From: an uncultured Chromatiaceae bacterium
Lineage (GTDB): Bacteria; Pseudomonadota; Gammaproteobacteria; Tenderiales; Tenderiaceae
Direction: 5' to 3'
NCBI GenBank assembly: GCA_947259785.1
Contig: CAMYNQ010000002.1
Span: 1-63,912 of the forward strand
Length of the DNA: 63,912 bases
Shown here: positions 1-10,892 of the stretch, in pieces
How the letters are laid out: each line of letters begins with the position of its first letter
Position numbering within the stretch: the first letter of the stretch is position 1
Translations under genes and position numbers: made by a program
Notes under the pieces: generated by a model
Told to the model about the DNA's origin: nothing
What the model saw: only the letters and a program-made list of their open reading frames with translations
Databases searched by the model: none

Positions 1-302
1 TAAATTTGTCCTTCATTGTGATTGTTTCTTTTGTGCTTCTGTTTTGGTGGAACACACTAGGGATCAAGCAGCTTGCCTATCAGGCTGCCCGGGATCATTG
101 TGAAGAGCAAGGAGTGCAGCTACTTGATCAAAGCGTAATGCTAAAACGGGTGCGTTTAAAGCGTAATAATGCTGGTGGCCTTTCTCTGTTGCGTGTGTTT
201 GCTTTCGAGTTTGCTTCGACTGGGGACGAGAGGTACCACGGCGAGGTGAGTTCGTTGGGGCGGGTACCCGTCGGGGTCAAGCTTGATGTGCACCGTATCT
301 GA
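1..302 (+). CDS. DUF3301-family membrane protein (probably 5'-truncated by the window edge)
   Basis: N-terminal TM followed by C...VQLLDQSV...F.FEF.STG.ERY.G, typical of DUF3301; the frame is open to the window start. Confidence 0.7.
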   Translation, partial: NLSFIVIVSFVLLFWWNTLGIKQLAYQAARDHCEEQGVQLLDQSVMLKRVRLKRNNAGGLSLLRVFAFEFASTGDERYHGEVSSLGRVPVGVKLDVHRI

Positions 303-551
303 TTTTAACCTTAGCAGTTGAAATTTCTTAGCGCTTAATTTCCTTTAAGTCATGTTTTTTTGATGCCTTAACGCCCTAGTTATGTTCGGTGGTGTGACGC
401 AAATACCATTCTGTTCATGCAAGTTAGTGCGGGCAATCTATTATGACCCTCTATAATATATAAGCATATTAGTTGTTTTTTCTATAGAATTAGTCTATTT
501 GGCAACTTGCTGATATATCTAAAATAAACTCAAAGTCCCAGGGGGCTAGTT

Positions 552-2590
552 ATGAAGTCACTACGGTTTTTGAATCACGGTATGGCAGGTTTTATGCTGG
601 TTTGTTCTGCATTAGCTGGGCAGGTGGTGGCGGAAGATGCGCTGCCCATCTCAGAGGAGGCTTATTGGGGTGAGGTGCCGGTGATAATGTCGGCGACGCG
701 TATTGCCCAGTCTGTGACTGATGCGCCTGTGGCGGTGACGGTGATTGACAGGCGCATGATCGAGGCCTCGGGGGCGCGTGAAATTCCAGAGTTGTTTCGA
801 ATGGTGCCTGGTTTCATCGTCGGCTACCACGATGGCCATACCCCTTCGGTGAGTTATCACATGTCCGATGAGCGTTATTCTCGCCGCTTGCAGGTGTTGG
901 TGGATGGGCGATCCATTTACACCACTGCGATAGGCGCGGTGCCGTGGGCAACTCTGCATATCACTATGGATGATATCGAGCGAATTGAGGTGGTGCGAGG
1001 ACCCAATTCCGCTAGTTATGGCGCTAATTCATTTTTGGCTGTGATCAATATCATTACCCGTGAGGCAGTGCTGGATTATGGTACTTCTGTAAAGACCAAT
1101 CTAGGTGATGATGGTGTGCATGAGTTGTTTCTGCGTCACGGTGGTGGTGGCGGCAAACTCGATTACCGTGTCACGGCCGGCTTTATTCAAGATGATGGTT
1201 TTGATGATCGGCTTGATTACAAACGTACTCAGCTTGTCTCATTACGGGCTGATTATCAGATCAGCAGTTCTGATGTGCTTAGTTTTCAGGGTGGCGTGGC
1301 GACTGGTCCGAGGGGGGTGGAAAATCGTTTTGCCCCTGACTTGAGTGTCGATCGTGAAAAACGCTGCTTAACCACCATGAGCATATCAAGTGGCAGCGCA
1401 ATCTGGGTTTGAACGAAAGCCTGTCAGTGCAGTTCTATCATATCTTTCAGCGTAATTTTGAGACCTTTTATACCGGCGCTTACTCTATCGCCGGAGTTAC
1501 ATTGGCCCCCAATTATGTTGATTTCAGTCGTCGTACCGATCGTTATGATTTGGAGCTGCAACATAATGTCAATCTGACAGGGACTGTGCGTGTTGCTTGG
1601 GGAGTTGGTGTTCGCGATGACCAGGTTTGGGGGGCAGAGAACTTGATGGGTGATGAGGAGATTCATAATCACCTTAAACATGGTTTTATCAACTTGGAGT
1701 GGGCTCCTGAAGGTGACTGGTTGGTGAATGCCGGGGTCATGGTGGAGGACTACAGCACCACCGGCACCGAAGTATCGCCACGACTGGGCATTAATTACCA
1801 CCTGTCACCTGGCCAGAGTCTACGATTGACGGGTTCAAAGGCTATTCGAGCGCCATCCATGTTTGAGTATGCAGCTGATTATGGCATTTACAATGCTCAG
1901 CTAGATCCATCAGGAACTATGAATCTGTTGTTTTGGAAAGGCACTCAGCAGACAGACGTTGAAAAAGTTACTTCATATGAATTTGGTTATCACCTGGCAC
2001 CGTTACAGGGGGATTTCTCACTAGATTTCAAACTGTTCCATGATGAGTTGAGTGACCTGGTTTTCAAAGTGGGTACAGGCAACTGTGTTACGAGTCATTG
2101 CGATACTTTTCTAAATAGTTATGCCTTCATTATTCAGGGGGCTGAACTGGAGGCAAAATTTACCTTTGTTGACAGTTCTGCGCTTTATTTTGCGTATTCT
2201 TATGTCGATATGAAAGATAATAGCAGTCCGGCATTAGGCGTCGATCCAATGATGGCGCCTGAACACTCTTTCAGTCTGCTTTACATGATGGATCTTGATC
2301 GGGGCGTTAGTGCCGGGGCTGGTTTCTATTTTACCGATAGGATTCAAGGCTGGGAATCAAGTCAACCAGAAGAAGTGCGTGATCCAGTTAGACGACTGGA
2401 TCTAAAAGTTACAAGGCAGCTGGATCTGTTTGGTTACGAGACGGAACTTGCTTTGGCTGCTCGGAATGTTTTGGGTAAATACGAAGAAATGGAAGTGTTG
2501 TCTCATGACTCAAGTTTTCCAGAACTAAACGAGGTAGATTCATCGGCATATGTATCAGTAAAGATCCAATTCGATAGATCAAGGCTTTAA
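552..2590 (+). pseudogene. TonB-dependent receptor split by a 1-bp frameshift (ORFs 552-1412 and 1409-2590)
   Basis: Signal peptide; plug motifs SATR...DAP.AVTVI, VLVDGR, IERIEVVRGP.SA.YG.N; barrel continues in the second ORF (SPRLG, LAARNV). Adding one A to the A5 run at 1357-1361 gives one continuous frame (DREKTLLNHHEHIKWQRNLGLNES). Could be a sequencing indel. Confidence 0.85.
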
Positions 2591-2631
2591 ACCGTGGGGG
2601 CGGGTAGTGATGGATAGGCACGTATAGAGCA

Positions 2632-3546
2632 ATGTTGCTTAGAAGTGTAATTTGGACTGTGTTGCTGTTATTGGGTGTTTGCGCCAACGCCAATGCACGC
2701 CTACTGCTTTTGGCCAGTCAGGACAGCAGTCTTTATCGTTCTTTTCAGCAGGGCTTTGAGGCTGGGCTTACGTCTGCCAGTTTGGATCAGGGAATTACGT
2801 TTACCCTGGCGTCTGAATACAGGCCGGGTGCCCAGGCGAATTCTGGCAATATCATCATCGCAGCGGGTGTAGAGGCCGCCAAAAAAATAGCGACTATCAA
2901 GATTGGTGACAGCCGGGTAATTTACACGATGTTGCCGTTCAGTAGTTATCAGTGGCTACGTAAAAATAATATTCTGGTTGAAGGTCACCAGGTTTTGTTT
3001 GTTGATCAACCGCTAAATAGATTTGTTAATCTGGCCCAGATTGCTTTTCCCTCAATCAAGACATTAGGTTGTATGCATAGTAATGTGTCTGCCAAGCATA
3101 TGGATGACCTTATGCAGGTTACTGCAGCGCATAAAATACAGTTAAACGATGTTGCTCTGCAGTCAGGTCGGCGGCTGACAAAAATACTGGATAAACTGAT
3201 GCTTGATAGTGATGTGGTCTTGGCTTTGCCTGATCCATTTTTATTTAACCGCCGCAGTGTTCAATCTTTATTATTGGCCAGCCTGCGACGTAAAACCCCT
3301 TTGATTGCCTACTCTGAATCGTATGTTAAAGCCGGGGCTTTGTTGGCTTTGTATTCTTCTCCTGAGCAGATCGGTCAGCATACGGCTGAGCTGGTGAATT
3401 GCATAATGGAAGGGTGTGCTGTGGATAGTCAGGAAAATTATCCCAGATATTTTTCTGTGCAGGTCAATAATGTCGTAGCCCGTCAAATGGGCTACACGCT
3501 GGCCCCAGCAAATGAATTGAAAAGCCTGCTTGAGTTATGGGAGTAG
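2632..3546 (+). CDS. ABC-type substrate-binding-like periplasmic protein (ABC_sub_bind family)
   Basis: Signal peptide ending ANA; DVVLALPD...SLLLAS....PLIAYS..YVKAGALLALY..PEQIG and VN..VA..(M/L)G motifs. Confidence 0.7.
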   Translation: MLLRSVIWTVLLLLGVCANANARLLLLASQDSSLYRSFQQGFEAGLTSASLDQGITFTLASEYRPGAQANSGNIIIAAGVEAAKKIATIKIGDSRVIYTMLPFSSYQWLRKNNILVEGHQVLFVDQPLNRFVNLAQIAFPSIKTLGCMHSNVSAKHMDDLMQVTAAHKIQLNDVALQSGRRLTKILDKLMLDSDVVLALPDPFLFNRRSVQSLLLASLRRKTPLIAYSESYVKAGALLALYSSPEQIGQHTAELVNCIMEGCAVDSQENYPRYFSVQVNNVVARQMGYTLAPANELKSLLELWE

Positions 3547-3628
3547 TTGTTGTGTAAAACCGTAGTGTAGGTGTGATGGATTTGTAATTGCCCTTTGCTT
3601 AGCGGTTACTGGCAAGGCCGACGTTCAT

Positions 3629-3655
3629 AAAGGTCTCAATTTGAGGCCTTTTTTT
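3629..3655 (+). terminator. Rho-independent terminator
   Basis: AAAGGTCTCA-ATT-TGAGGCCTTT followed by a T run. Confidence 0.7.
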
Positions 3656-3707
3656 ATGCTAGTGTTAACTGCGTCTAGGGTTTGGAGCTGTTTAGAATCA
3701 AATTGTT

Positions 3708-4433
3708 ATGGGGTTTTCGGTCGAGCCTATTGGAGTTATTCACTCCTGTTTTAAAGACAAGTTTGGTGTGCCGCGGCAGCCTGGGTTGGTGAGTGTTGCT
3801 GACGGTTGGCTGGAACTGTTTGTGCCGTATAACCGTGCCGAAGCCTTTAGTGGGCTTGAGGGTTTCTCCCATATCTGGATTACCTTTGTGTTTCACCATT
3901 GTCTTGATCAAGGCGCACGGTTGAGTGTGCGACCACCGCGTTTAGGGGGTAATCGCAAGGTTGGTGTGTTCGCTAGCCGAGCCACTCATCGCCCCAATCC
4001 CGTCGGTATTTCTGTGGCCGAGTTGGTAGGGATCGAGCAGGATAAAGGCGGTTTGTGTCTGCAGCTGCGGGGAATTGATCTGATTGATGGTACCCCCGTG
4101 CTGGATATCAAACCGTATGTTCCCTATTCGGACTCTATTCCTGAGGCGTTGGCGGATTATGCTCAGCAACCGCCAACCGCCAGCTTTGATGTGGTATTTT
4201 CGGCCAAGGCCGAGCCGCAGTGCGAGAAGTTTAGCCGGCGTTGGCCGGCGTTGCGACAGTTAATCGTCGAGGTGCTGGCACTGGATCCAAGGCCAGCTTA
4301 TCTTGCCGGTCATTCGGTTGAAAAACCGTTTGCCGTTAGGCTGTATGAGCTTGATGTCCGCTGGCGGGTGAAGGATGAATATGTGGTTGAGGTAATATCG
4401 ATTGAGCATGATGACAAATGTCTATTTGATTGA
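3708..4433 (+). CDS. trmO: tRNA m6t6A37 methyltransferase TrmO (TsaA/YaeB)
   Basis: KFGVPRQPGL, VRPPRLGGN..VGVFASR..HRPNP, DLIDGTPVLDIKPY, DPRPAY. Confidence 0.93.
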   Translation: MGFSVEPIGVIHSCFKDKFGVPRQPGLVSVADGWLELFVPYNRAEAFSGLEGFSHIWITFVFHHCLDQGARLSVRPPRLGGNRKVGVFASRATHRPNPVGISVAELVGIEQDKGGLCLQLRGIDLIDGTPVLDIKPYVPYSDSIPEALADYAQQPPTASFDVVFSAKAEPQCEKFSRRWPALRQLIVEVLALDPRPAYLAGHSVEKPFAVRLYELDVRWRVKDEYVVEVISIEHDDKCLFD

Positions 4434-4617
4434 TATATATGGAGTTTGATTGGGATGTGGTGCTGAAAATAAAATTGCGGCATTCTGAAAGGGCATTTCT
4501 GGTAATATGTGCAGCCAAAAAAATAATAATGTAGGGAAGGGGTGTGTCGCTTCGAAACAGTCCCCCGTTGATATTGTCCGCCGGCAATCGCGGCGAAATA
4601 ACAAAAAATAGTTAGAT

Positions 4618-5133
4618 ATGCAAAATAAGGAAAGTTTTACTCGGGATGAGCTGCTGACCTGCGGTCGTGGTGAATTGTTTGGTGAAGGTAATGCTCAGTT
4701 GCCATTGCCGCCGATGCTGATGTTTGATCGCATCACCAAAATCTCCAATGAGGGCGGTTCTAACGGCAAGGGGCAGATCATTGCCGAACTGGATATCAAC
4801 CCCGATCTCTGGTTCTTCGATTGCCATTTTCAGGGCGATCCGGTTATGCCTGGTTGTCTCGGTCTCGATGCCATGTGGCAGCTGATCGGCTTCTTTCTTG
4901 GTTGGAATGGTGGTCCTGGACGCGGCCGTGCCCTGGGTGTGGGTGAGGTCGGTTTTCGCGGTCAGGTTACGCCTGATAAAAAATTGGTGACCTACCGCAT
5001 CGATATGACCCGCGTCATCATGCGCAAGCTCTATATGGGCGTTGGCAATGCTGAAATGGAAGTCGATGGCAGGGTGATCTACACTGCCAAGGACCTGCGA
5101 GTTGGTTTGTTTACCTCAACTGAAAATATGTAA
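4618..5133 (+). CDS. fabA: 3-hydroxyacyl-ACP dehydratase/isomerase FabA
   Basis: [38 protein letters not shown]. Confidence 0.97.
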   Translation: MQNKESFTRDELLTCGRGELFGEGNAQLPLPPMLMFDRITKISNEGGSNGKGQIIAELDINPDLWFFDCHFQGDPVMPGCLGLDAMWQLIGFFLGWNGGPGRGRALGVGEVGFRGQVTPDKKLVTYRIDMTRVIMRKLYMGVGNAEMEVDGRVIYTAKDLRVGLFTSTENM

Positions 5134-5144
5134 AGGTGTCATCA

Positions 5145-6362
5145 GTGAGACGAGTAGTTGTCACAGGACTGGGAATTGTTTCAAGTATTGGTAATAACCA
5201 AGATGAAGTGACGGAATCATTAAAGTCAGGACGTTCGGGCATTGAATACTGTGAAAAGTTTGCCGAGATGGGTTTTCGTTCTCATGTATATGGCTCAATC
5301 AATATCGATATTGAGGCACTGATCGACCGCAAGAAACGCCGTTTCATGGGTGATGCCGCGGCCTATAATTACATTGCCATGGCTCAAGCTATCGGTGATG
5401 CCGGCTTGAGTGACGAGCAGGTCTCCAACCCGCGCACTGGTGTGGTGGTGGGTTCCGGTGGTGCCTCCCATGCGAATACGGTTGCTGGAGCTGATACCTT
5501 GCGTGAAAAGGGGATCCGCCGTGTCGGACCCTATATGGTTCCCAAGACCATGGGCAGCACCACCTCGGCCAATTTGGCCACCGCCTTCAAAATTAAAGGT
5601 GTGAACTATTCAATGAGTTCGGCTTGTTCCACCAGTGCTCATTGCATTGGCAACGCTATGGAACAAATTCAGTTTGGTAAACAGGATATGGTCTTTGCCG
5701 GTGGTGCCGAAGAGCTGGGCTGGGAAGGTTCAATGATGTTTGATGCTATGGGTGCGCTGTCTTCCAAATACAACGAAGTGCCTGAAAAAGCCTCGCGTGC
5801 CTATGACGCCGACCGCGATGGTTTCGTCATCTCGGGCGGTGGCGGTGTGCTGGTGTTGGAAGAGCTAGAGCATGCTAAGGCCCGCGGTGCCAAAATTTAT
5901 GCCGAGCTGGTTGGTTACGGTGCCACCTCTGATGGTTTTGATATGGTGCAGCCGTCCGGTGAAGGCGCAGTACGATGCATGCAGTTGGCTCTGGAGGGGG
6001 TTGAGGGCAAGGTTGACTACATTAATGCCCACGGTACTAGCACTCCGGCCGGTGATATGAAAGAGCTGCAGGCGATGCGTGAAGTCTTTGGTGATGAGAT
6101 GCCAGCGGTTAGTTCAACCAAGTCGCTGACGGGGCATGCCCTGGGGGCGGCTGGCGTCAATGAAGCTATCTATTCGCTGCTGATGATGAAACACGATTTC
6201 CTCTGTGCTTCAGCCAATATCGAGAACTTGGATGAAGCAGCCGAAGGCATGCCGATCCTGCGCCAGCGCAAGGATAATGCGGGTGCCAACATTATGCTTT
6301 CCAACAGCTTTGGTTTTGGTGGGACTAACGCCTGTCTGGTGTTCCGGCGCTATAGTGATTAG
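5145..6362 (+). CDS. fabB: Beta-ketoacyl-ACP synthase I FabB
   Basis: [50 protein letters not shown]; follows fabA; GTG start at 5145 inferred (track starts at 5136). Confidence 0.96.
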   Translation: MRRVVVTGLGIVSSIGNNQDEVTESLKSGRSGIEYCEKFAEMGFRSHVYGSINIDIEALIDRKKRRFMGDAAAYNYIAMAQAIGDAGLSDEQVSNPRTGVVVGSGGASHANTVAGADTLREKGIRRVGPYMVPKTMGSTTSANLATAFKIKGVNYSMSSACSTSAHCIGNAMEQIQFGKQDMVFAGGAEELGWEGSMMFDAMGALSSKYNEVPEKASRAYDADRDGFVISGGGGVLVLEELEHAKARGAKIYAELVGYGATSDGFDMVQPSGEGAVRCMQLALEGVEGKVDYINAHGTSTPAGDMKELQAMREVFGDEMPAVSSTKSLTGHALGAAGVNEAIYSLLMMKHDFLCASANIENLDEAAEGMPILRQRKDNAGANIMLSNSFGFGGTNACLVFRRYSD

Positions 6363-6390
6363 TGATTTCACCAACGTCTTTTAATCTTAA

Positions 6391-6480
6391 TGGCCCGGAT
6401 GGAGCGCAGCGAAGTCCGGGTTTATTGATTTTAATATCAGCATATATTTTTCAGATTCCACTGTGTTTCATCCAGGTTAG
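6391..6480. repeat. Degenerate inverted REP-like doublet
   Basis: CCCGGATGGAGCGCAGCGAAGTCCGGG (6394-6420) and a decayed inverted copy TCAGATTCCACTGTGTTTCATCCAGGTTA (6451-6479) around an AT-rich spacer. Confidence 0.55.
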
Positions 6481-6486
6481 CTGCTA

Positions 6487-8658
6487 ATGCAATCACTACA
6501 ACAGTTTTTCGTCACCACCCCGAAGGGTATGGTGGCTGTATTGATGTCCGAGTTGGAGCAGCTGGGGGCGGTTGAGCTGCGTGAGCAACCCGCGGGTGTG
6601 GAATTCAAGGGTGGACTGGAAACCGCCTATCGTGTCTGTCTCTGGTCGCGTTGCGCCGGCCGGGTGTTAATGCCTTTGGGGCGGTTTGCCGCCGATTCGG
6701 CTGAGGCCTTGTATGAGGCCGTGCAGCAAATTGATTGGCAGCAACATCTATCGGGCCGTAGCACCTTGGCGGTGGATTTTACCGGCCGTTCAGATGCCAT
6801 TCACCATAGTCAGTTTGGTGCCCTCAAGGTCAAAGATGCCATCGTCGATCAGCTGCGTGAAACCACTGGCGGGCGCCCCAATATTGACGTTGAGCAGCCG
6901 GATTTGCGTATCAACGCCCATCTGTATCGGGATGAAATCAGCATTGCCATCGATCTCTCCGGCGACAGTCTGCATCGACGCGGCTATCGACAAGAGGGTG
7001 GCGCGGCACCGCTGAAAGAACACCTGGCCGCGGCAATTTTGTTGCGTGCCGGCTGGGCTGAGATTGCAGCGGCCGGCGGCGGCCTGGTGGATCCTATGTG
7101 TGGTTCCGGCACCCTCCTGATCGAGGCGGCGATGATTGCAGCCGATATTGCTCCGGGCCTGTTACGGCAGCACTACGGTTTCCTGGCTTGGCCTCAGCAT
7201 GATGCTGATTTATGGCAGGGGCTGCTGAATGAGGCGCAGCAGCGCCGTCATCAGGGCTTGAAAAAAATAGTGCCTATCGTTGGTTATGACACCCACCCCA
7301 AGGCAATTCAGTTCGCTCAGGTGAATATTACCGCGGCAGGTCTGGAGGATCACATCCGCATTGCTAGACGTGATGTGGCCGAATTGAGTTGTCCTGCGTC
7401 GGTGGCCAAGGGTCTGCTGGTGGTCAATCCGCCTTATGGTGAACGCTTGGGTGAGCGAGATACACTTGAACCTGTCTATCAGTTGTTAGGTGAGCGCATT
7501 AAGCGCGAATTCAGCGGCTGGCAGGCAGCGGTGTTCACTGGTAATCCTGAACTGGCCAAGTTGATGGGTATTCGTGCCCAGAAACAGCACAATATGTTTA
7601 ATGGCCCGTTGCCATGTAAGCTGCTGCGTTTTGATGTCCAGCCGCAATGGTTTATGTCTGAGCAACGTGGTCCACGCCCAGCCAAACAGGAGGACCTGGG
7701 GCCGGGGGCCGAGATGCTGGCCAATCGGCTACGTAAGAATCTGAAACAGCTGGGCCGCTGGGCCAAGCGTGACGAGGTCAGCTGCTATCGTCTCTATGAT
7801 GCCGATCTACCTGAATACGCCGTGGCGATTGATCTTTATCAGGGTGAGCAAACCTGGGTTCATGTGCAGGAATATGAGGCGCCTAAATCAATCGATGTCA
7901 AAAAGGCCAAGTTTCGCCTGCGCGAAGCGATGACGGTGATCCCTGAAGTACTAGGGCTGCCGCAGGAGAATATTTACTTCAAGGTGCGTAAGCAGCAAAA
8001 GGGATCTGCACAGTACACTCGCCAGGCTGAAGAGAAGCAGTTTTTCGAGGTTGAGGAGTACGGTGCTTATTTCCTGGTCAACTTTGCAGATTACCTCGAC
8101 ACCGGCCTGTTTCTCGATCATCGCATTACCCGCAAGTTGGTGAGTGAGATGGCCAAAGGCAAGCGTTTTCTCAACCTGTTTGCCTACACTGGCACGGCTA
8201 CTGTTCATGCTGCCCGCGGTGGGGCTAAATTCACTTTAACGGTGGATATGTCCAACACTTATCTCGATTGGGCCCGCCGCAATATGGAGTTGAATGGCTT
8301 TAATGGCGATGAACATCAGTACCTACAGACCGATTGCCTGGAGTGGTTAGAGCAGGGTGGAGTCTATAAAAGGGCCAAGTTCGACCTGATCTTTCTTGAT
8401 CCGCCGACCTTCTCCACCTCCAAACGCATGAGTGATACCTTTGATGTCCAGCGTGATCATGTTCATCTGATCGAGTCGGCCATGGCCATGCTCGAAAAGG
8501 GGGGTGATTTGATTTTTTCTAATAATTTCAGAAAGTTCAAGCTTGATTCTATGTTGACTGATAAATATACAGTCGAAGATTGGTCGGCCAAAACCCTGCC
8601 CAAAGACTTCGCCCGTAATCCCAAAATCCACGGTTGTTGGCACATTCGCCACAGATAA
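6487..8658 (+). CDS. rlmKL: Bifunctional 23S rRNA m2G2445/m7G2069 methyltransferase RlmKL
   Basis: THUMP region, LHRRGYR...APLKE.LAA, DPMCGSGT, NPPYGERL, YRLYDADLPEY, DTGLFLDHR, FLNLFAYTG, DPPTFS. Confidence 0.96.
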   Translation: MQSLQQFFVTTPKGMVAVLMSELEQLGAVELREQPAGVEFKGGLETAYRVCLWSRCAGRVLMPLGRFAADSAEALYEAVQQIDWQQHLSGRSTLAVDFTGRSDAIHHSQFGALKVKDAIVDQLRETTGGRPNIDVEQPDLRINAHLYRDEISIAIDLSGDSLHRRGYRQEGGAAPLKEHLAAAILLRAGWAEIAAAGGGLVDPMCGSGTLLIEAAMIAADIAPGLLRQHYGFLAWPQHDADLWQGLLNEAQQRRHQGLKKIVPIVGYDTHPKAIQFAQVNITAAGLEDHIRIARRDVAELSCPASVAKGLLVVNPPYGERLGERDTLEPVYQLLGERIKREFSGWQAAVFTGNPELAKLMGIRAQKQHNMFNGPLPCKLLRFDVQPQWFMSEQRGPRPAKQEDLGPGAEMLANRLRKNLKQLGRWAKRDEVSCYRLYDADLPEYAVAIDLYQGEQTWVHVQEYEAPKSIDVKKAKFRLREAMTVIPEVLGLPQENIYFKVRKQQKGSAQYTRQAEEKQFFEVEEYGAYFLVNFADYLDTGLFLDHRITRKLVSEMAKGKRFLNLFAYTGTATVHAARGGAKFTLTVDMSNTYLDWARRNMELNGFNGDEHQYLQTDCLEWLEQGGVYKRAKFDLIFLDPPTFSTSKRMSDTFDVQRDHVHLIESAMAMLEKGGDLIFSNNFRKFKLDSMLTDKYTVEDWSAKTLPKDFARNPKIHGCWHIRHR

Positions 8659-8735
8659 CCAGCCCCACCTTTTTATATCTCCGCAAGTTCAATGGAATAG
8701 GCTTCCTATTCGTCTATTGTTGCAGAAGTCCACTT

Positions 8736-8762
8736 TAAAGCATTGTTAATTAAGGTCGATAG
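8736..8762 (+). promoter_or_regulatory. Putative sigma28 (FliA) promoter
   Basis: TAAA-N15-GTCGATAG against consensus TAAA-N15-GCCGATAA, ~80 bp upstream of the vWA gene. Confidence 0.5.
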
Positions 8763-8840
8763 TCTTTTCGTGGGCTGTCTCCGCCAGCGTGTGGCGGGAT
8801 TGTGAGCGGAGCGATGAATGGATTCATGTGGAGCGTCTAA

Positions 8841-10892
8841 ATGAAATTTAGGATTGCGGTGCTGTTTTGCTTGGGGGTATGGACAACTCCGTTTGCCATG
8901 GCGGCGGAAAATATTTCTGCCGAGACAGAGGAGGTCAGCGATGTTCGTGTTCTGATTGATATGTCTGGCAGCATGAAAAAGAATGACCCCAAAAATCTTC
9001 GTGTCCCTGCTTTACGTCTGATTACCCAATTGATGCCTGAAGGCCAGCAGTCTGGTGTTTGGTCTTTTGGGCAATACGTCAATATGTTGGTCAAGCAGGA
9101 CAAAGTGGATGCAGCCTGGAAAGAAAATGCTTATAAAGTTGCTGAGGGTATTAACTCAAAAGGCCTGTTTACCAATATAGAATCCGTATTAGAAAAATCC
9201 ACCTGGGACTGGAAAACCCCGGATGACAAGATCAATCGCAGCATCATCTTGTTGACCGATGGTGTGGTGGATATCTCAAAAGTTGCTGATAAAAATGCCG
9301 AGTCACGCAGCCGTATCCTCAATGAAATTGTGCCGCGCCTAAAGCAGGCCGGTGTCACTGTGCATAGCATTGCCCTGTCGGATGATGCCGACAAGGCCTT
9401 TTTGCGTCAGTTGTCATCTTCAACCGAGGGTTGGAATGAAATCGCCAAAGACGCCTCACAGCTGGAACGTATCTTCCTCAAATTGTTTGAGAAGTCTGTG
9501 CCGGTTGAAACCCTGCCGATGACGGACAATCGAATTCTGGTGGATGACAGCATTAAAGAATTAACCTTGCTGGTGTTTAGAAAAGAGGGGGCGCAAACGG
9601 CTACCCTGTCTTCGCCCAACGGAGAGAAGCTCAATCACCATACTGAGCAGGATGGGCTGCGCTGGCGTCATGAGGAACGTTATGACCTGATTACCATTGA
9701 TAAGCCGATGGCAGGTGAGTGGGGCGTGGATGCCGAGCTTGATCCTGATAACCGGGTGATGGTGGTGACGGATCTGAAAGTGCGTGCCAGTAGATTACCA
9801 AATTTGATGCTGGTAGAGGATGCGGCCTCCTTTTATGTCGAACTGGCAGAAAAGGGCGAGACTATTCGTAAGCCCGAGTTTCTTGATTTTGTAAACATTT
9901 CACTGGAAAGGTCGAGCCACGATGAACATCAAAAAACGATTCAGGTGACTGATGATGGTGCTGGCCTAGACAAAAAGGCTCATGATGGTCGTTTCAGTAC
10001 CAAGGTTGGTGGTCAGCTGACGGCCGGTGAATATGTTTATGAAATGCAGGTCGATGGCATGACCTTTAAACGTTCCAAGAAAAGCAGTCTTCGCGTTGTC
10101 GATAAACCCATCGCCGTGACTGTCAAAGAGGAAAAGGCAGGTGATCCTGCGCAATACTCTCTAACGCTGACACCTTTTGTCGAATTGATAGACCCCGACT
10201 CACTCCTACTTGAAACCACGGTGGAAAAACAAGGCGGGTCTGCCAAGGCAATCAATATTCCTCGCGCTGGGCCGGGCGAGTGGCGCCTGGATATGAAGGT
10301 CAAGGCGGGTGATATCTATGATGTAAAAATTGCCATGCAGGCAGAGAGAAAAGATGGTCGACAGGTCAATTATGATCTGGGCAGTTTTCAGCTTGGCAGT
10401 GGCTCGGTAGATGTGGCCTTTGATCATTCGGATGAGCCGCCGGCTGATGCAGAGAAAGTGATTGCCAAGGCGATGGCTGATGCCGGCCTGAAACCGCCAA
10501 TGGCGCATGATGAGTCATCGGTAGAAGACAAGCATGCCGTTGCCGCAGATAAGCATGCAGCAACTGAAAATGAGCCTCCAACAGAAGACAAGCATGCTAC
10601 TGATGAACACCCGGCAGAAGATGAGCATGCAGAAGCAACAGATGAAGAGCATGCAGATGAAGAAGCGTCTGCCGAAGGTGGGGATGAACCTGGTGACGAA
10701 TCGCCTAACTGGATTATGGTGGCGGTCAAAATTATTGGCTTGAATGGCGTGTTGGCGGGGCTTGGTTTCTTTGCTTATCGTAAATGGTTTCGGACGCCTA
10801 AAGACCCTGAAGTGGAAGATGAGACAGATAATAAGGACGATGATGCAAAGGATGACGAAGTAAAGGAGGCCAAGGGCGATGATAAAGATTGA
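8841..10892 (+). CDS. Exported vWA-domain protein with C-terminal TM anchor and His/acidic linker
   Basis: Signal peptide (AMA), MIDAS DMSGSM and LLTDG, DDG...D..A.DG.F motif, TM near the C-terminus, acidic tail. Confidence 0.8.
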   Translation: MKFRIAVLFCLGVWTTPFAMAAENISAETEEVSDVRVLIDMSGSMKKNDPKNLRVPALRLITQLMPEGQQSGVWSFGQYVNMLVKQDKVDAAWKENAYKVAEGINSKGLFTNIESVLEKSTWDWKTPDDKINRSIILLTDGVVDISKVADKNAESRSRILNEIVPRLKQAGVTVHSIALSDDADKAFLRQLSSSTEGWNEIAKDASQLERIFLKLFEKSVPVETLPMTDNRILVDDSIKELTLLVFRKEGAQTATLSSPNGEKLNHHTEQDGLRWRHEERYDLITIDKPMAGEWGVDAELDPDNRVMVVTDLKVRASRLPNLMLVEDAASFYVELAEKGETIRKPEFLDFVNISLERSSHDEHQKTIQVTDDGAGLDKKAHDGRFSTKVGGQLTAGEYVYEMQVDGMTFKRSKKSSLRVVDKPIAVTVKEEKAGDPAQYSLTLTPFVELIDPDSLLLETTVEKQGGSAKAINIPRAGPGEWRLDMKVKAGDIYDVKIAMQAERKDGRQVNYDLGSFQLGSGSVDVAFDHSDEPPADAEKVIAKAMADAGLKPPMAHDESSVEDKHAVAADKHAATENEPPTEDKHATDEHPAEDEHAEATDEEHADEEASAEGGDEPGDESPNWIMVAVKIIGLNGVLAGLGFFAYRKWFRTPKDPEVEDETDNKDDDAKDDEVKEAKGDDKD

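Noticed and set aside
392-408. CRP-like site TGTGA-N6-TACCA upstream of the TonB receptor
   Set aside because: Only one good half-site; expected by chance
1357-1400. Programmed -1 ribosomal frameshift in the TonB receptor
   Set aside because: No clear X XXY YYZ heptamer with a downstream structure; a simple indel is more parsimonious
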